The translations under genes were made by a program, and so were the position numbers. Of a stretch of 64,000 nt of DNA, positions 12,165 to 27,464 are shown piece after piece. The notes below the pieces were generated by a model, which saw nothing but the letters and a program-made list of their open reading frames with translations, was not told the DNA's origin and did not search any database. Where the stretch lies: positions 45,570,001 to 45,634,000 of the forward strand of contig OX597832.1 in assembly GCA_951406725.2 (NCBI GenBank), written 5' to 3'. How positions within the stretch are numbered: the stretch's first letter is position 1; each line of letters opens with the position of its first letter. The stretch is from Octopus vulgaris. Its lineage: Eukaryota.

Positions 12165-12446
12165 ATATATGTATGTCTATGTATGTATGTATGTTATGTA
12201 TGTATATGTATGTATATGTATGTAAGTGTGTATGTGTGTATGTATGTATGTAAGTGTGTATGTGTGTATGTATGTATGTATATATGTATGTATATGTATG
12301 TATGTATGTATGTGTGTATGTATGTATGTAAGTGTGTATGTATGTGTATGTATGTAAGTGTGTATGTGTGTATGTATATATGTAAGTGTGTATGTATGTA
12401 TGTATGTATGTATGTATATATGTATGTATGTATGTGCGCATGTGTG

Positions 12447-12477
<31 letters not shown>

Positions 12478-12566
12478 GTGTGTATGTATGTATGTATGTA
12501 TGTAAGTGTGTATGTGTGTATGTATGTGTATGTAAGTGTGTATGTGTGTATGTATGTATATATGTG

Positions 12567-12599
<33 letters not shown>

Positions 12600-12780
12600 G
12601 TGTGTATGTGTGTATGTATGTATGTAAGTGTGTATGTGTGTATGTATGTATGTATGTATATGTATGTAAGTAAGTGTATGTATGTATGTATGTATGTATG
12701 TATGTATGTATGTATATATGTATGTATCTATGTATGTATGTAAGTGTGTATGTGTGTATGTATGTATGTATGTAAGTGTG

Positions 12781-12811
<31 letters not shown>

Positions 12812-12865
12812 GTGTGTATGTGTGTGTGTATGTATGTAAGTGTGTATGTACGTATGTATGTATGA
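12165..12865. repeat. (TATG)n microsatellite with a recurring TAAGTGTG variant unit
   Basis: Direct inspection. Confidence 0.95.
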
Positions 12866-13030
12866 GTCCCTGCAAGAGTGTGTGTATGTGCGCATGTGCA
12901 TGTGTGTGTGTGTCCATAAGCAGCTATTTTTATATGTAAGGTTGCTTGTATTTATAATTCGATGTAACCGCACGTCTCATATGAATGTATACACCCCCTT
13001 CCATACATATATATATACATATATATATAA

Positions 13031-13094
<64 letters not shown>

Positions 13095-13096
<2 letters not shown>

Positions 13097-13190
13097 GTGG
13101 TAAGTAGCTTGCTTACCAACCACATGGTTCCGGGTTCAGTCCCACTGTGTGGCACCTTGGGCAAGTGTCTTCTACGACCAAAGCCTTTGA
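13095..13190 (+). mobile_element. SINE family A, 5' fragment
   Basis: Head only. Confidence 0.8.
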
Positions 13191-13272
13191 CTGTTATTTC
13201 TAATTTTTTCGGTATGTGGCTAAGCAACTTGTTGCCTGCCTTTTTTTTTATTTATATACAATATATATATAT

Positions 13273-13484
13273 AGGATGCCATGATAGATCGTAAGCTCCT
13301 ACACGCATTTTTTTCTCTCCTTGTTTCTCTCCTTGTTTCTTTTCTGTGTATCTTTCTGTCGAAGAGCGTAGGCTCGAAACGTAAAAGACTTGTTCTATTT
13401 CTATTCCTGAGCGCCATACTAATACATTTGTTTGTTTGTACTCCACCTGCCTTCGTCTTTTGTTTATTTTCGTAAACCTTCCCG

Positions 13485-13486
<2 letters not shown>
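13273..13486 (+). mobile_element. Family D repeat with hammerhead-like motif (13351-13388)
   Basis: TCTTT-CTGTCGA-A-GAGC-GTAG-GCTC-GAAA-CG-TA-AAAGA; ends in (TA)n. Confidence 0.75.
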
Positions 13487-13533
<47 letters not shown>

Positions 13534-14011
13534 TAGTGTAATGTTTGTATATAGGTGTTGCTCCAGCATTGCCGTGACTGTGATTGTTGATGCAAAGTAA
13601 AAGCCCAAAGAACATAAATCTACACTAGCACACACTGACATGCACTAACACACACGCGTAGAACTATAACATCTGAATTAATATCCCATATAAAATTCAC
13701 AAATATTATATTACTTTGTAAGTACACAGCACAAGATGGAGTACAAAGCGGTACTTTTATTAATGGTTAGATTATAAGTTTAAAAAGCATTGTTTTATTA
13801 TAACTTTATGATTTATAGCTAAGTGATTAAAAATATTAAAATTCCGACATCAATACATCACATGATGCACACACACACACAAAAAAAAAAAAAAATATAT
13901 ATTCGCAGAGAATTGTTACAAGGGACCACGTGACTTCATTATATGGTCGGGAAGATCTATACAATAAAAATGTTTAATTTCAAAGGAGAGAAATACCGTT
14001 AATACTGAATC

Positions 14012-14032
14012 CTAGCAGCAGCAGTAATAGTG

Positions 14033-14082
<50 letters not shown>

Positions 14083-14102
14083 TAGTCGTAGTAGTACTAT
14101 TC

Positions 14103-14199
<97 letters not shown>

Positions 14200-14202
14200 T
14201 AG
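14012..14202. repeat. (TAG)n microsatellite
   Basis: Direct inspection. Confidence 0.95.
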
Positions 14203-14473
14203 TGAGTAACCACAGACAATGAACGACTAACAAGCGTATATCCAGTCTCCGATATTGTAAATATTGCTGGAAAGAAGGTTTCATTCAAATAAATAATATG
14301 TAAACACACACACACAGACACACACATATGTGTGTGTATATATATAGATGCATATACGTACATATATATACAAATATATATACGTACATACGTATATACA
14401 TACATGCATAACTACACGAACACATATATATATAACCCCTAGAAAAAGAGATACCTATATACATACATACATA

Positions 14474-14517
<44 letters not shown>

Positions 14518-14593
14518 TGTATGTATATATATGTGTTATATATATTACTACACGCACACACACATATAAAGGCACACGCACACATATATACAG

Positions 14594-14645
<52 letters not shown>

Positions 14646-14781
14646 TCTCTATTTCACAGAACCTCCTGTCTAAAAGGTCTCATGTATTCAGTATACATAT
14701 ACATATACGTACTTACATACACGCACGCACACACACACATAACATACATATACGTGCACAAATATCTTGATACACATGCAA

Positions 14782-14834
<53 letters not shown>

Positions 14835-14836
<2 letters not shown>

Positions 14837-15021
14837 AATGAAATATATGCATATATATAAACATATATGTACGTACCTACCTCTACATGTACATATACAC
14901 GCATATATGTGTACAGGACACAAAAAAGACGTCGAACACATAGAGAGACGAAAAACATAGACACAAACCAAGGAACAAGACAAGCAAAAAAAAAAGGGAT
15001 ACAGGACAATAAGCACAACAG

Positions 15022-15022
<1 letters not shown>
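14835..15022 (-). mobile_element. (TA)n-flanked repeat family E, unclassified
   Basis: Inverse-similar to 29030-29165 (gtacctacctctacatgtacatatac...gtacaggacac). Confidence 0.5.
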
Positions 15023-15052
<30 letters not shown>

Positions 15053-15420
15053 TACGTACAGATGTTTGTTTATTTGTATGCGCGTGTGTGTGTAAATATA
15101 AATCCGGACAGGCATACATAAGCTTGTATATATTGTCAAACACAAACTTTGCGGCTATCCATATCTATATATCTATACATACGCATAGAGAGACGTTTGT
15201 ATTTAAACAAAAAAATCACTGAACCGGAAACGAATAGATAGTCAATTTCTTCCGGTCTATTATCTTCTATACTTAATTTTTCATTCATCCCATTATCTTT
15301 TGTCTTCTCTTTGAATTGTACGATGCTCCCCCCACCCACAACCCTGTAGGCGCAGTATGGGCGAATGGTAAAGAAGTTCCGGGTTCGATCCTAATGTCTG
15401 GCATTTGTATCGAGCCGTAA

Positions 15421-15836
15421 CTCTTTACTTGTTTCAGTTATTTGACTGTGCCCATGCTGGAGCACCGCTTTCAGTCGAGCAAATCGACCCCAGGACTTAT
15501 TCTTTGTAAGCCTAGTACTTATTATATCGTTTTTTTTTGCCGAACCGCTAAGTTACAGGGACGTAAACACACCCGCATCGGTTGTCAAGCGATGTTGGGG
15601 AAACAAACATATACACACTCACACACACACACACACACAGACACACACACATACACACACACACACACACACATATACATACATATATACGACGGGCCTC
15701 TTTCAGTTTCCGTCTACCAAATCCACTCACAAGGCTGTGGTCGCCCCGAGTCTATAGTAGAAGACACTTGGCCAAGGTGCCATGCAATGGGACTGAACCC
15801 AGAACCATGTGGTTGGTAAGCAAGCTACCTACGCCT
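15421..15836 (-). mobile_element. SINE family A
   Basis: Near-complete reverse-complement copy. Confidence 0.85.
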
Positions 15837-15929
15837 GAGTGAATTTGAGGAAATAGAAACTATATAGAAGTACATTGAAATGCTTAGTATATATATATAA
15901 CCATAAATAATTAAATATATATATACTTT

Positions 15930-15987
<58 letters not shown>

Positions 15988-17021
15988 CATACACATACGC
16001 GAACACACACACAAACACCCATTCAGGCATTCAGACATTTTAGTTAGTCGAGTTGATTCTTATAGAAAGCTGTCTGTTTCATTCAAGAGAAGAAATTTTC
16101 GAAAGTAAATGACTTCTAAAAGGAGTAATTGGATGAGATATTCTGGTGTATAAATTGGAAATAATTTTGAAAAATCGTTTTTGTAAATGCATTTGAAATA
16201 TCAGTGACAGCGGCCGCAAAACACGTCTTTAAGATGTCTGGTGCTGGGACAATATATGTTTGCTAAGTATTGAATATTCGTGTTTATGTCAATCACCCAG
16301 ACCCACCCTATATCTTTATAGGATAAGGAAAGTTATCCAACAACCTTTCTTTCTTTCATTAAACTCATACATAGTTACATCTACGAACGCACACACATAT
16401 ATAATGATTAGATAATACCCACAGAAGAGAAATGCTGAAATACACGCACAATTATATACGCACACCAATAGAAAGATTAAGCTGTGTCCATTGGTCAAAG
16501 ATATTTAGATACATCCATTCGAACACGTACACAGACACACAGACTCAAAGAGATATATACACAGAAACATAAATAGACAAGCCTCTATATATAGATACAC
16601 ACGTACACACGTATACAAATACTCGCCAGTCACACAAAGCAGAACTTAGTGATACGACAAATATCGAGTGATAAAATATGTACCAAACCGATTTATGTAC
16701 ATGAGGTGATGTACTCAGCTGAACAGGTCAGTGGTGCACCACGATGGTTGCAGTCCAATGATTGAGCAAGTATCATCGAACGTGATATACATACATGTAT
16801 CTACATATATACACGCATACATGCATGCATGCATACATACATACATGCATACATACATATATGTATATATATATGTAAAATTATAATTTGGGGTATCTAA
16901 GAGATACCACCACGCTGGAAATAGCAGTCAAAACTTGACTCTAAAACCACATTAAATGTTCACACATCAGCAGGAGAGAAGACAAAAAGACAAAATAAAC
17001 TAGCAATAAATTTACTGGATA

Positions 17022-17079
17022 ATTCAAGATCCCGGATTTCTAGCTCTGCATAAGTAATGCTTTGCCTCATCAGTGGAAT
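17022..17079 (-). ncRNA. Decayed type I hammerhead-like motif in a PLE-like terminal repeat (about 16878-17380)
   Basis: Minus strand ATTCCA-CTGATGA-ggcaaagcat..atgcagagcta-GAAA-TCCGGGA-TC-TTGAAT; the helix II closing pair is mismatched. Confidence 0.6.
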
Positions 17080-17380
17080 ATATATTTATATATATAATTT
17101 TATTTTCGTAATGAGATAAAACCCAAGGCTGAGTAGATTTCAGAACATTTATAGATAGAAGGTCTTACAGGTGTTTCCAGGATATTTATTATATCCCTTC
17201 ATTGGAGGCGGTGTGAGAGAATAGTTAAATAATAGTTAATTTAGATATGAGGGTGAGGCCGAGGAAAGAAACTAGATGTGAGATATGTAGGGATATTGAA
17301 TTTGTAGATCCATTTTTTAGGCAAAATGGTATACATGTAAGATTCCAAATGGTATACATGTAGATATTACATGTAGATAT

Positions 17381-17436
<56 letters not shown>

Positions 17437-17475
17437 ATATATAGAGAGAGAGAGATAAAACTTACTTAGAAATGG

Positions 17476-18245
<770 letters not shown>

Positions 18246-18614
18246 TACATGCATACAAACATACGTACATCCATGCATACATACATACATACTCATGCTC
18301 ATAAACGATGAATTTGTGTGTGTGTGCATTTTTATAAGTATATTGTTACTTCGCTCCTTATACATATGCTTGCGTATGCGACGCTGTATCGTATATGAGT
18401 ATTAATAATGGTAATATTCAAAGCCAGGGAAAAGACTCATAGATCGATAACGAAAACCTGTGTAAACGACTTAGGGAAACGATCCATCTTTCCTCTTAAT
18501 GATATCAGAACATCTAGTAACGTTGTATCGTGCGCATCAAAGAATCTGTTAACCTATCCATATGCCTACAAAACACATCCGAATACATATCCTCGTTGCA
18601 CGCATACACGTCCA

Positions 18615-18676
<62 letters not shown>

Positions 18677-18882
18677 TGTATGTATGCATATTTGCTTGTA
18701 AAAATGTATGTATGTATGTATGTAATACATACACATATATGTATGTAAATGTACATACATACATGCATATATATATATATATACATATATGTATATATAT
18801 ATATATATGTACACACATGCATACACACACACACATATATATATATATATGAAGCATATGTGTATGTAGTATATATGCATAT

Positions 18883-18934
<52 letters not shown>

Positions 18935-19100
18935 GAATATATACATATGTATATATATGCATATATAAATATATATATAATATACATATATATATATAAT
19001 ATATATATAGATATATATATATCTAACATGTATATATGTATATATGCATATATGCATTTATAATATATCATATATATATGTATATATATATTTACTAATT

Positions 19101-19142
<42 letters not shown>

Positions 19143-19554
19143 TACACATAAATATATTCATATATATACATATATATATATATATACATATATATATACA
19201 TGTGTATATATTCATATACATTCATACATACATACGCAAACACACACACACATACACACATATATATGTATATAGATGCATGCGTATATACATAAGTATA
19301 GATATATGCACGTCTATCTCCACACCCACATATACACACATAAACATACACACACACACACACATATATATACAAAGGATACACACACACACACACACAC
19401 ATGTGCTTGCGTGTATTTGTGATTTTGTATTTAGATGTGTTTATGTTGCATGTTCGAGTGGTTGGTTTCTAAAAATGATGTATTAATGAAACACAGCCGT
19501 GTGGTGCCATTTCTGGTCTGACTAAAACGCAACACAGAAAATACTAAACACAGT

Positions 19555-19572
19555 GCACACACACACAGACAC

Positions 19573-19634
<62 letters not shown>

Positions 19635-19751
19635 ACACTCACACACACATACACACACTCACACACACACACACTCACACATACACACACACACTCACAC
19701 ATACACACACACACTCACACACACACACACACACACATACACACACACACA

Positions 19752-19790
<39 letters not shown>

Positions 19791-19913
19791 ATACACACAC
19801 ACTCACACATACACACACACACATACACATACACACACACAACACTCACACACACACACTCACACATACACACACCGCCAACACATACACGACACACACA
19901 ACACACACACACA
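19555..19913. repeat. Imperfect (CA)n
   Basis: Direct inspection. Confidence 0.95.
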
Positions 19914-20530
19914 TCGTATATACAGTGTCTTGTACTGTGTATACGGCTTACTGTGAGACTGGATTATATCCGGAAGAAATGAGACGTCGATTTAAATAAA
20001 TAACCGTATGATGTATAGAGCAAGTACGATGAACTGATTTCTCCTATAGACAGACTTTCACAAAGTTTTTCTTTGTATCTCTGAATTAGTCCATCATAGT
20101 GACTATATCAATTGACAGAAGTCAACCTATTCTACATCTTTTGCAGTTTTTGTTGTTGCTGCTGCTGCTGTTGTTGTTGTTTATTGTGGTGGTTAACTGC
20201 ACTTTGACAGCGATCGAATAGCTCCATGATGAAAAGCATTCTAGCGATCATTTTTCTACCCTCTTTTGCTTTCCATTTCAAGCAACAACTTAGCGTTATC
20301 GAATATCTTCTTCCTTTACCAAGTCTGAAGAATACAGTTTAAATGGCGATTTCGTTGCTATTTCTTGCAAGTCGTCCTGTCTAGATTAACATGTTTTGTT
20401 TAGAGTTGACGATTGCGCGTGTTTTGAAGTGTTCGCCTTTAATCAATTGAATTTGTTTCCGCTAATCTTTTTTTTTTTCAATACACCTTCTTATGCCGAT
20501 CCAAAATGAATGAAAGAGAAACTCAATCTG

Positions 20531-21313
20531 TTTATTGTAGCCAACGAAGGACTGCGTAGCCTTGTTTGTCTCGTGCGGATATGTTTAACACTAGGTTGAA
20601 CCTGCTGAAGAAAATCAAACCTTGTGAGTTCTCTATGACTCGCTAAAAGATGATTAGAAACCAATTGGTCCAGGAAACTAGATGTTATTCCTGTCGAATT
20701 TTATCCCGAATTTGTTGTGGTTATAGAGCTTAGCTGTTCTTTCTAGCGCGTAGAATCACTATAAGTTGATTCTCTATGTGTTTAAATATAAACTATATCG
20801 TATGACTAATATATAGTCTTTTTGACTAAAATCTTTTTACGCGTTAGACCACTGGAAAAGTAAATTTTAATTGAATGTTTTTAATTTTAATTAAATTCCA
20901 TTTCCCTTTGATATGATTAAATACTGTAAGTTTTTGGATAATTTTCGATTAAAAGTTGGCGGTTTTTTATTGTAGCCAACGAAGGACTGCGTCTGCGCAG
21001 TAAATTTGAAAAGTTAGGGCGTATGAACACGAGACAGGTAACCTTGTTTGTCTCGTGTGGATATGTTTAACACTAGGTTGGACCTGCTGAAGAAAATCAA
21101 ACCTTGTGAGTTCCCCACGACTCGCTAAAAGATGATCAGAAACCAATTCGTCCAGGATACTAGATGGTAAATGTTTTTCATTTCCAAATTTATTCCTGTC
21201 GAATTTTATCCCGAATTTTTTGTGGTTATAGAACTTAGCTGTCCTTTCTAGCGCGTAGAATCCCTATAAGTAGATTCTCTATGTGTTTAAATATACACTA
21301 TATCGTATGACTA
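20531..21313 (+). mobile_element. Tandem direct repeat (20531-20808 and 20966-21313), each copy with a hammerhead motif
   Basis: The two copies align apart from two indels and scattered substitutions. Motifs at 20601-20674 (CCTG-CTGAAGA...GAAA-CCAATTGG-TC-CAGG) and 21083-21156. Confidence 0.8.
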
Positions 21314-21450
21314 TATATATATATATATGAATATATATATAAGGATAACATCGATATTTAAATACCGATCTTATCAGGTGGCCAGCATGGGAATAAAAAA
21401 CTTCAAAGGTAATAATTATTATTAAAATTATAATTTTAATAATATTTATA

Positions 21451-21567
21451 TCTAAGAGATACTACCACGCTGGAAATAGCAGTCAAAACTTGACTCTAAA
21501 ACCACATTAAATGTAGTTTTAGAGTCACGTTTTGACTGCTATTTCCAGCGTGGAGGTATCTCTTAGA
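21451..21567. repeat. Fold-back palindrome: 58-bp arms, about 4 mismatches, 1-nt loop
   Basis: tctaagagat...aaccacatt-a-aatgtagtt...atctcttaga; the left arm also occurs unpaired at about 16896-16959. Confidence 0.9.
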
Positions 21568-21584
21568 CACCCTAAATTATAATG

Positions 21585-21621
<37 letters not shown>

Positions 21622-22622
21622 TGAAGGTATGAATATCTTATCAACAAAAATATTTATAATGTACCTAAAAATGGCATTGATATATATTTTTCTAATACAA
21701 GGAATGTAAATTTTCTCGGGTAGTTAATATAGTTTTAAAAGGAATATGTTATATATTGATTAATATTACATTGAAAATAAAAACAATTTATAATATTTTA
21801 TGGCTCACGTGATGCCGAAATATTCTTAAAACATTTAAATGAAGTGTATAAATGAATGCCATATGCATTCAAGCACACCCAACCATACACCGACAATTAT
21901 AAACACATACCCGTATATTATTATTATTTATTGATGTAAGATCTGTGTATATGTATATTTGATTAAAATTGTTCTATTAAATTTTAAAATAAATTAGAGA
22001 AACACATATAAATAGGTTTTGGTTAATAATGCAATATCAAAACCCGTTTCGAGTTCACTGGATTTAAAATCCAATATTCAGTAATTTTGACATCTGTTTT
22101 TGACGCTAATATTGAAATTAAACGATCCTATATCACATGTTTCCATATTTGGAAATTTAATATAAATCGATATGTAATATATATCCATTTACTAAAGTGG
22201 GTAATTTTTGCTTGCTTGTAAAAAAGAAAAACCAAAAAAAATTCTTAGGAAAATAGAATCTAGAAGACAACATTGGTTAGAAATCAAGAGATTATATGGC
22301 AAATTTGAGATGAATCCGTTGGTAAAATTAAGGGTTAAGAAGTGTCTTTGCAATGTTCTTTTCAAACCCGTTTGTTAAATTAGAGATGAATCCATTTACT
22401 AAAGTGGGTAATTTTTGCTTGCTTGTAAAATTAAGGACAACATTGGTTAGGAAGTGTCTTTGCGATGTTCTTTTCAAACCCGTTTGTTTTCCGTCGAGGG
22501 CTTATATCATGCGACAATAAGAGACTATCTTCTTTAGTCAATTCAGGGTGATCGCTTATAAGCATTAAACTCATAAAATATAATAATACTTTACATAATA
22601 TACTGTATATATATGTGTGTGA

Positions 22623-22738
<116 letters not shown>

Positions 22739-23160
22739 ATATATATGTGTGTGTTCGCTGCTTTCTTACAAGGAATCTAATGGTCTTAGCTTAGTTTTTC
22801 ATTCAGGCTGGCCAGATAGGAGCAATCTCGAGTATAATCAGCCGAAATTGCGAAGATAATCTGGTACTCGACTGAGGAAAGAAAACTTCGAATGACGACG
22901 AGAATGCACCCAGAAACCGCCGACTGGTCTACTGGTCTTACTATATTGGAGTGAGAGTGGTTCGCGCCCTTACTCGGAATAATGCAGACACAGGTTACTG
23001 TGTTGTAAACCAACAAGACAAGATGTTCTCTCGGGGTTAAAATGTAACAACATTTGTTCTGCATGGAACAACCACGTAAAAGTGGAAATAAATGTGAATG
23101 TTTAGTACTGTTACTATGTGAATCGCTTTCAGAGATTTTAAAACCAGCTACTTTAGCTTG

Positions 23161-23193
<33 letters not shown>

Positions 23194-23255
23194 ACATATA
23201 TATGTATATTTATATGTATTCATACACACACACATATATATATAATATACATATG

Positions 23256-23309
<54 letters not shown>

Positions 23310-24397
23310 AAATACATACATACACACGCATATATATATATATAACTATTATATATATGTATGTATGTATGTATGAAATAGTGTTTCTCCAAAAGGCATC
23401 GACAGAATAAGTACCTGGCTTTTAAAGCAATTAAGTACAATTAAGTACAGAGGTCGATACATTCGATTGAAAACCCATTCATGGCGGTGCTCCAACATGG
23501 CCGCCGTCTAATGACTGAAACAAGTGAAAGACAAAAAAGTAGAAAAGACATAAAGACTTGAAGAAACAGGCAACAAAATGAAATGGCGACAAAAATCAGG
23601 AAATGCTAAGATAATAACAGGTAGGCAGTGTTACTGTAAAAGTAATTTAATACAAAAAAGAAGAAGCATAAAATAACAAAATAACAATGACGGTTTCAAA
23701 GACGTATCATCGTCTTTTCTATCTACGTGATCACAAGAAATGCGAATGATATATATATTATGCGCTTTTATTAATTGCTTCAGGTAATGCAAGGAAATAT
23801 CAAGGTTAACTCGTTAGAATTGATTATTGATATAGGTCAAACGGTAATTATACATAATCTATCCTATGTATGTATACCATTAACAATATACCTTTTTCGT
23901 TGTTGTTTTTTCCAGTTCTTTCAAATATAAACAAGAATAGTTACGATGTAACGAGATATCTTAGATCTGTTCGTAAAGTATTTATCGTAATATCTTGCAG
24001 CTGGCAAACTCTATTTTTTCTTTCTTCTTATAAATCTTAACCTTTTCAAGTTGTAAAAACAGCTGCCAGGAGAATCACTTTCCAAAACAACAACAAAAAA
24101 GTTACGGATAAACCTGCTCAGTATTGAGAAAAAAATATTGGAAAAAAATCAACAACAACGACAAAATCTTTTACCAACACTTGCATGATAGCAAACGCTG
24201 CATTTCTTCGATTCTGAGAGTGAAAACTTACACCTAGGCCTGTTATTGTTGATAAACGATGAATCCCAATTTCCCAGAGCTTCTAGATTTTGTTATTTGT
24301 TACTTCCGTTGTCAACATTCTGTATTTAATCTATTCGTTTTTTCCGGCTGTCTTTTGTCTTACCCCAGATTGCTCTTAAATTAGTGAAACAACATTA

Positions 24398-25075
24398 TAC
24401 CTATTTCTTTACTACCCACAAGAGGCTAAACACAGAAGGGACAAGCAAGGACAGACAAACGGATTAAGTCGATTACATCGACCCCAGTGCGTAACTCGTA
24501 CTTAATTTATCGACCCCGAAAAGATGAAAGGCAAAGTCGACCTCGGCGGAATTTGAACTCGGAACGTAACGGCAGACGAAATACCTATTTCTTTACTCCC
24601 CACAAGAGGCTAAACACAGAGGGGACAAGCAAGGACAGACAAACGGATTAAGTCGATTACATCGACCTCAGTGCGTAACTGGTACTTAATTTATCGACCC
24701 CGAGAGGATGAAAGACAAAGTCGACCTCGGCGGAATTTGAACTCACAACGTAACGGCAGATGAAATACCTATTTCTTTACAACCCACAAGGGGCTAAAAA
24801 CAGAGGGGACAAACAAGGACAGCAGACAAACGGATTAAGTCGATTATATCGACCCCAGTGCGTAACTGGTACTTAATTTATCGACCCCCGAAAGGATGAA
24901 AGGCAAAGCCGACCTCAGCGGAATTTGAACTCAGAACGTAACGGCAGACGAAATACTGCTACGCATTTCGGCCGGCTTGTTAACGTTTCTGCCAGCTCGC
25001 CGCCTTATAAAGACAGACGAAACACTGCTAAACAGTTCGCTCGGCGTGCTAACGTTTCTGCCAGCTCGCTGCCTT
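24398..25075 (-). mobile_element. SINE family B concatemer: three 184-nt-period units plus a duplicated head
   Basis: Units start at 24401, 24585 and 24769; flanking direct repeat aaacaacatta(t/c)acc at 24387 and 25076. Confidence 0.9.
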
Positions 25076-25644
25076 AAACAACATTACACCTTAATACTAA
25101 GTAGACAGAGAGCGAATAATACTTGTGGATAAATGCTTCTCAGTGGAACAGTACACTGTACTGAAGACCTAGAATAAATTAGCAAACCAGCTTGGTCTGT
25201 AATAGCTGCGTGTTTTGGCTCTCACCAGGCGGGTTTCTCTGTAATTTCTTCTTCTCTTTTGGAATTCCTCCAAGAAGAAACAGAGCAGCGGTAATTTGAA
25301 CTAATAAAGAATTGAATTAGAAGCAAGCTTTTGTCGAGTTAATTGCCCAAGAATTTTTCGATTTCAAGCTCAGGTTGTTTTACTTCACATCGACACCTAT
25401 GAGAGAGATGACATGTTTTTGATTAGTCACAAATTCAACTTTTACCGTGTTTTTCTCAGAAGGGAAACGTTCAGATTATGTTGAGGTTAAGTGGTTTGAC
25501 ACTAGTATTTCACTGGTAAATAATTTTATCAGCATGAGAGAAAGTGGCATAATTAGTTTGTTACCGTCGATGTCTAAACTTAATTTTCAATTATCATTGA
25601 TTTTCAGGCCGACAAATTAGCAGAGTGGTTTGATCGTTGGATGT

Positions 25645-26097
<453 letters not shown>

Positions 26098-26101
26098 ACC
26101 T

Positions 26102-27022
26102 ATAACTTACTTAACTTACATATGCCCATCCCTCCCAGTGCTGCGTAGGTCATCGATAACTTTTCGCTATTCTCGACTCGGGGGCTGTCATTTCGGCATC
26201 TCTCAAGATTGATCCCTGCTTCTTTCCTTGCTGCTTCTTTTCGGATTTTGCTATAGCACATCATATGTTTCCTCGAGGAAACCTTCTCCCTGGTTTCGCT
26301 AGTTTTGAACTATCGTCTATATTTCTGTAACTGCTTTATTTCTTTACTACCCACAAGGAGCTAAACACAGAGGGGACAAACAAAGACAGACAAACGGATT
26401 AAGGGGCTAAACACAGAGGGGACAAATAAAGACAGACAAACGGATTAAGTGGATTATATCGACCCCAGTGCGTAACTGGCACTTAATTTATCGACCCCCG
26501 AAAGGATAAAAGGCAAAGTCAACTTCGGCGGAAATTGAACTCAGAGCGTAAAGACAGACGAAATACCTATTTCTTTACTACCCACAAGGGGCTAAACATA
26601 GACGGGACAAACAAGGACAGATAAACGGATTAAGTCGATTATATCGACCCCAGTGCGTAACTGGTACCTAATTTATCGACCCCGAAAGGATGAAAGGCAA
26701 AGTCGGCGACCTCGGGGGAATTTGAACTCAGAACGTAACGGCAGACGAAATACCGCTAAGCATTTCGCCCGGCGTGCTAACGATTCTGCCAGCTCGCCTC
26801 CTTACATTACCTTTATTTTACTGCTTTATTTTAGGTTGAGATGTTGGCCATACGCAAATGCATGTTTACATCTGGAAAGGGATCGCCCATATTAGTCTTG
26901 CTTCTATCCTTCTGCCTAATCAGCACGGGAAGCCCTGTTCGGGTCTTGTTCTCTGCTGGCATAACTCCCAGGGTCACCGAGGCACAAAAGCAACAATATT
27001 GCAACAAGTACTGGCCCCTGTT
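26102..27022 (-). mobile_element. Internally deleted RTE-clade element (5' UTR plus 3' tail), interrupted by a SINE B dimer
   Basis: Minus 27020-26870 (gtgcctcggtgaccctgggagttatgccagc...cagggcttcccgtgctg) resembles an RTE 5' UTR. Minus 26290-26102 ends ...gatgacctacgcagcactgggagggatgggcatatgTAAGTTAAGTAAG, an RTE-like TAAG tail. Confidence 0.6.
26337..26803 (-). mobile_element. SINE family B dimer with a partial extra tail
   Basis: Same tail-to-internal junction (gaaatac|ctatttc at 26566/26567) as the 24.4-kb array. Confidence 0.9.
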
Positions 27023-27464
27023 ACGGATTTCATACAACACTTTGCGGTATTAGTTCCGAAGCTTTGTGCTCTGAATTCAAATTCTGTCGCGATCAAATTA
27101 GCCTCGCATCCTTTTAGGGCTGATAAAATAAAAGTGCCCCACTCCTGGGTATTGGATTAACAGAATTATCAGGGACGTTGAAATGGATACCTCGCGACAT
27201 ATGTTGCGGCTGTGTACATTCTGAGTTCGAATCTCGCCGCTTACCACAGCAACGGTAACACCTCAGTCAGGTGTTGCGTCCGGCAGATAGTATCAGCAAT
27301 TTTAAACAACTGATAGAAAACATAGTTTCCTGGGTTCAATCAGAAGATCGACTAGTACTACAGTCGTGGGACTATCCACATGGTCAAAGGCAAGCTATGC
27401 ATTTTTTACTGCTTAGTGTGAAATTACAATTTTGTTTCTTTTTATCTGTTATTTTTTTCTTTAA

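Noticed and set aside
22866-22900. ctgaggaaagaaaacttcgaatgacg as a hammerhead
   Set aside because: GAAT instead of GAAA, weak helix II and no helix I partner; at most a relic.
24398-25075. Repeat array as a possible CRISPR or tRNA gene cluster
   Set aside because: Units are near-identical SINE bodies without unique spacers; the context is eukaryotic; the heads do not form complete cloverleaves.
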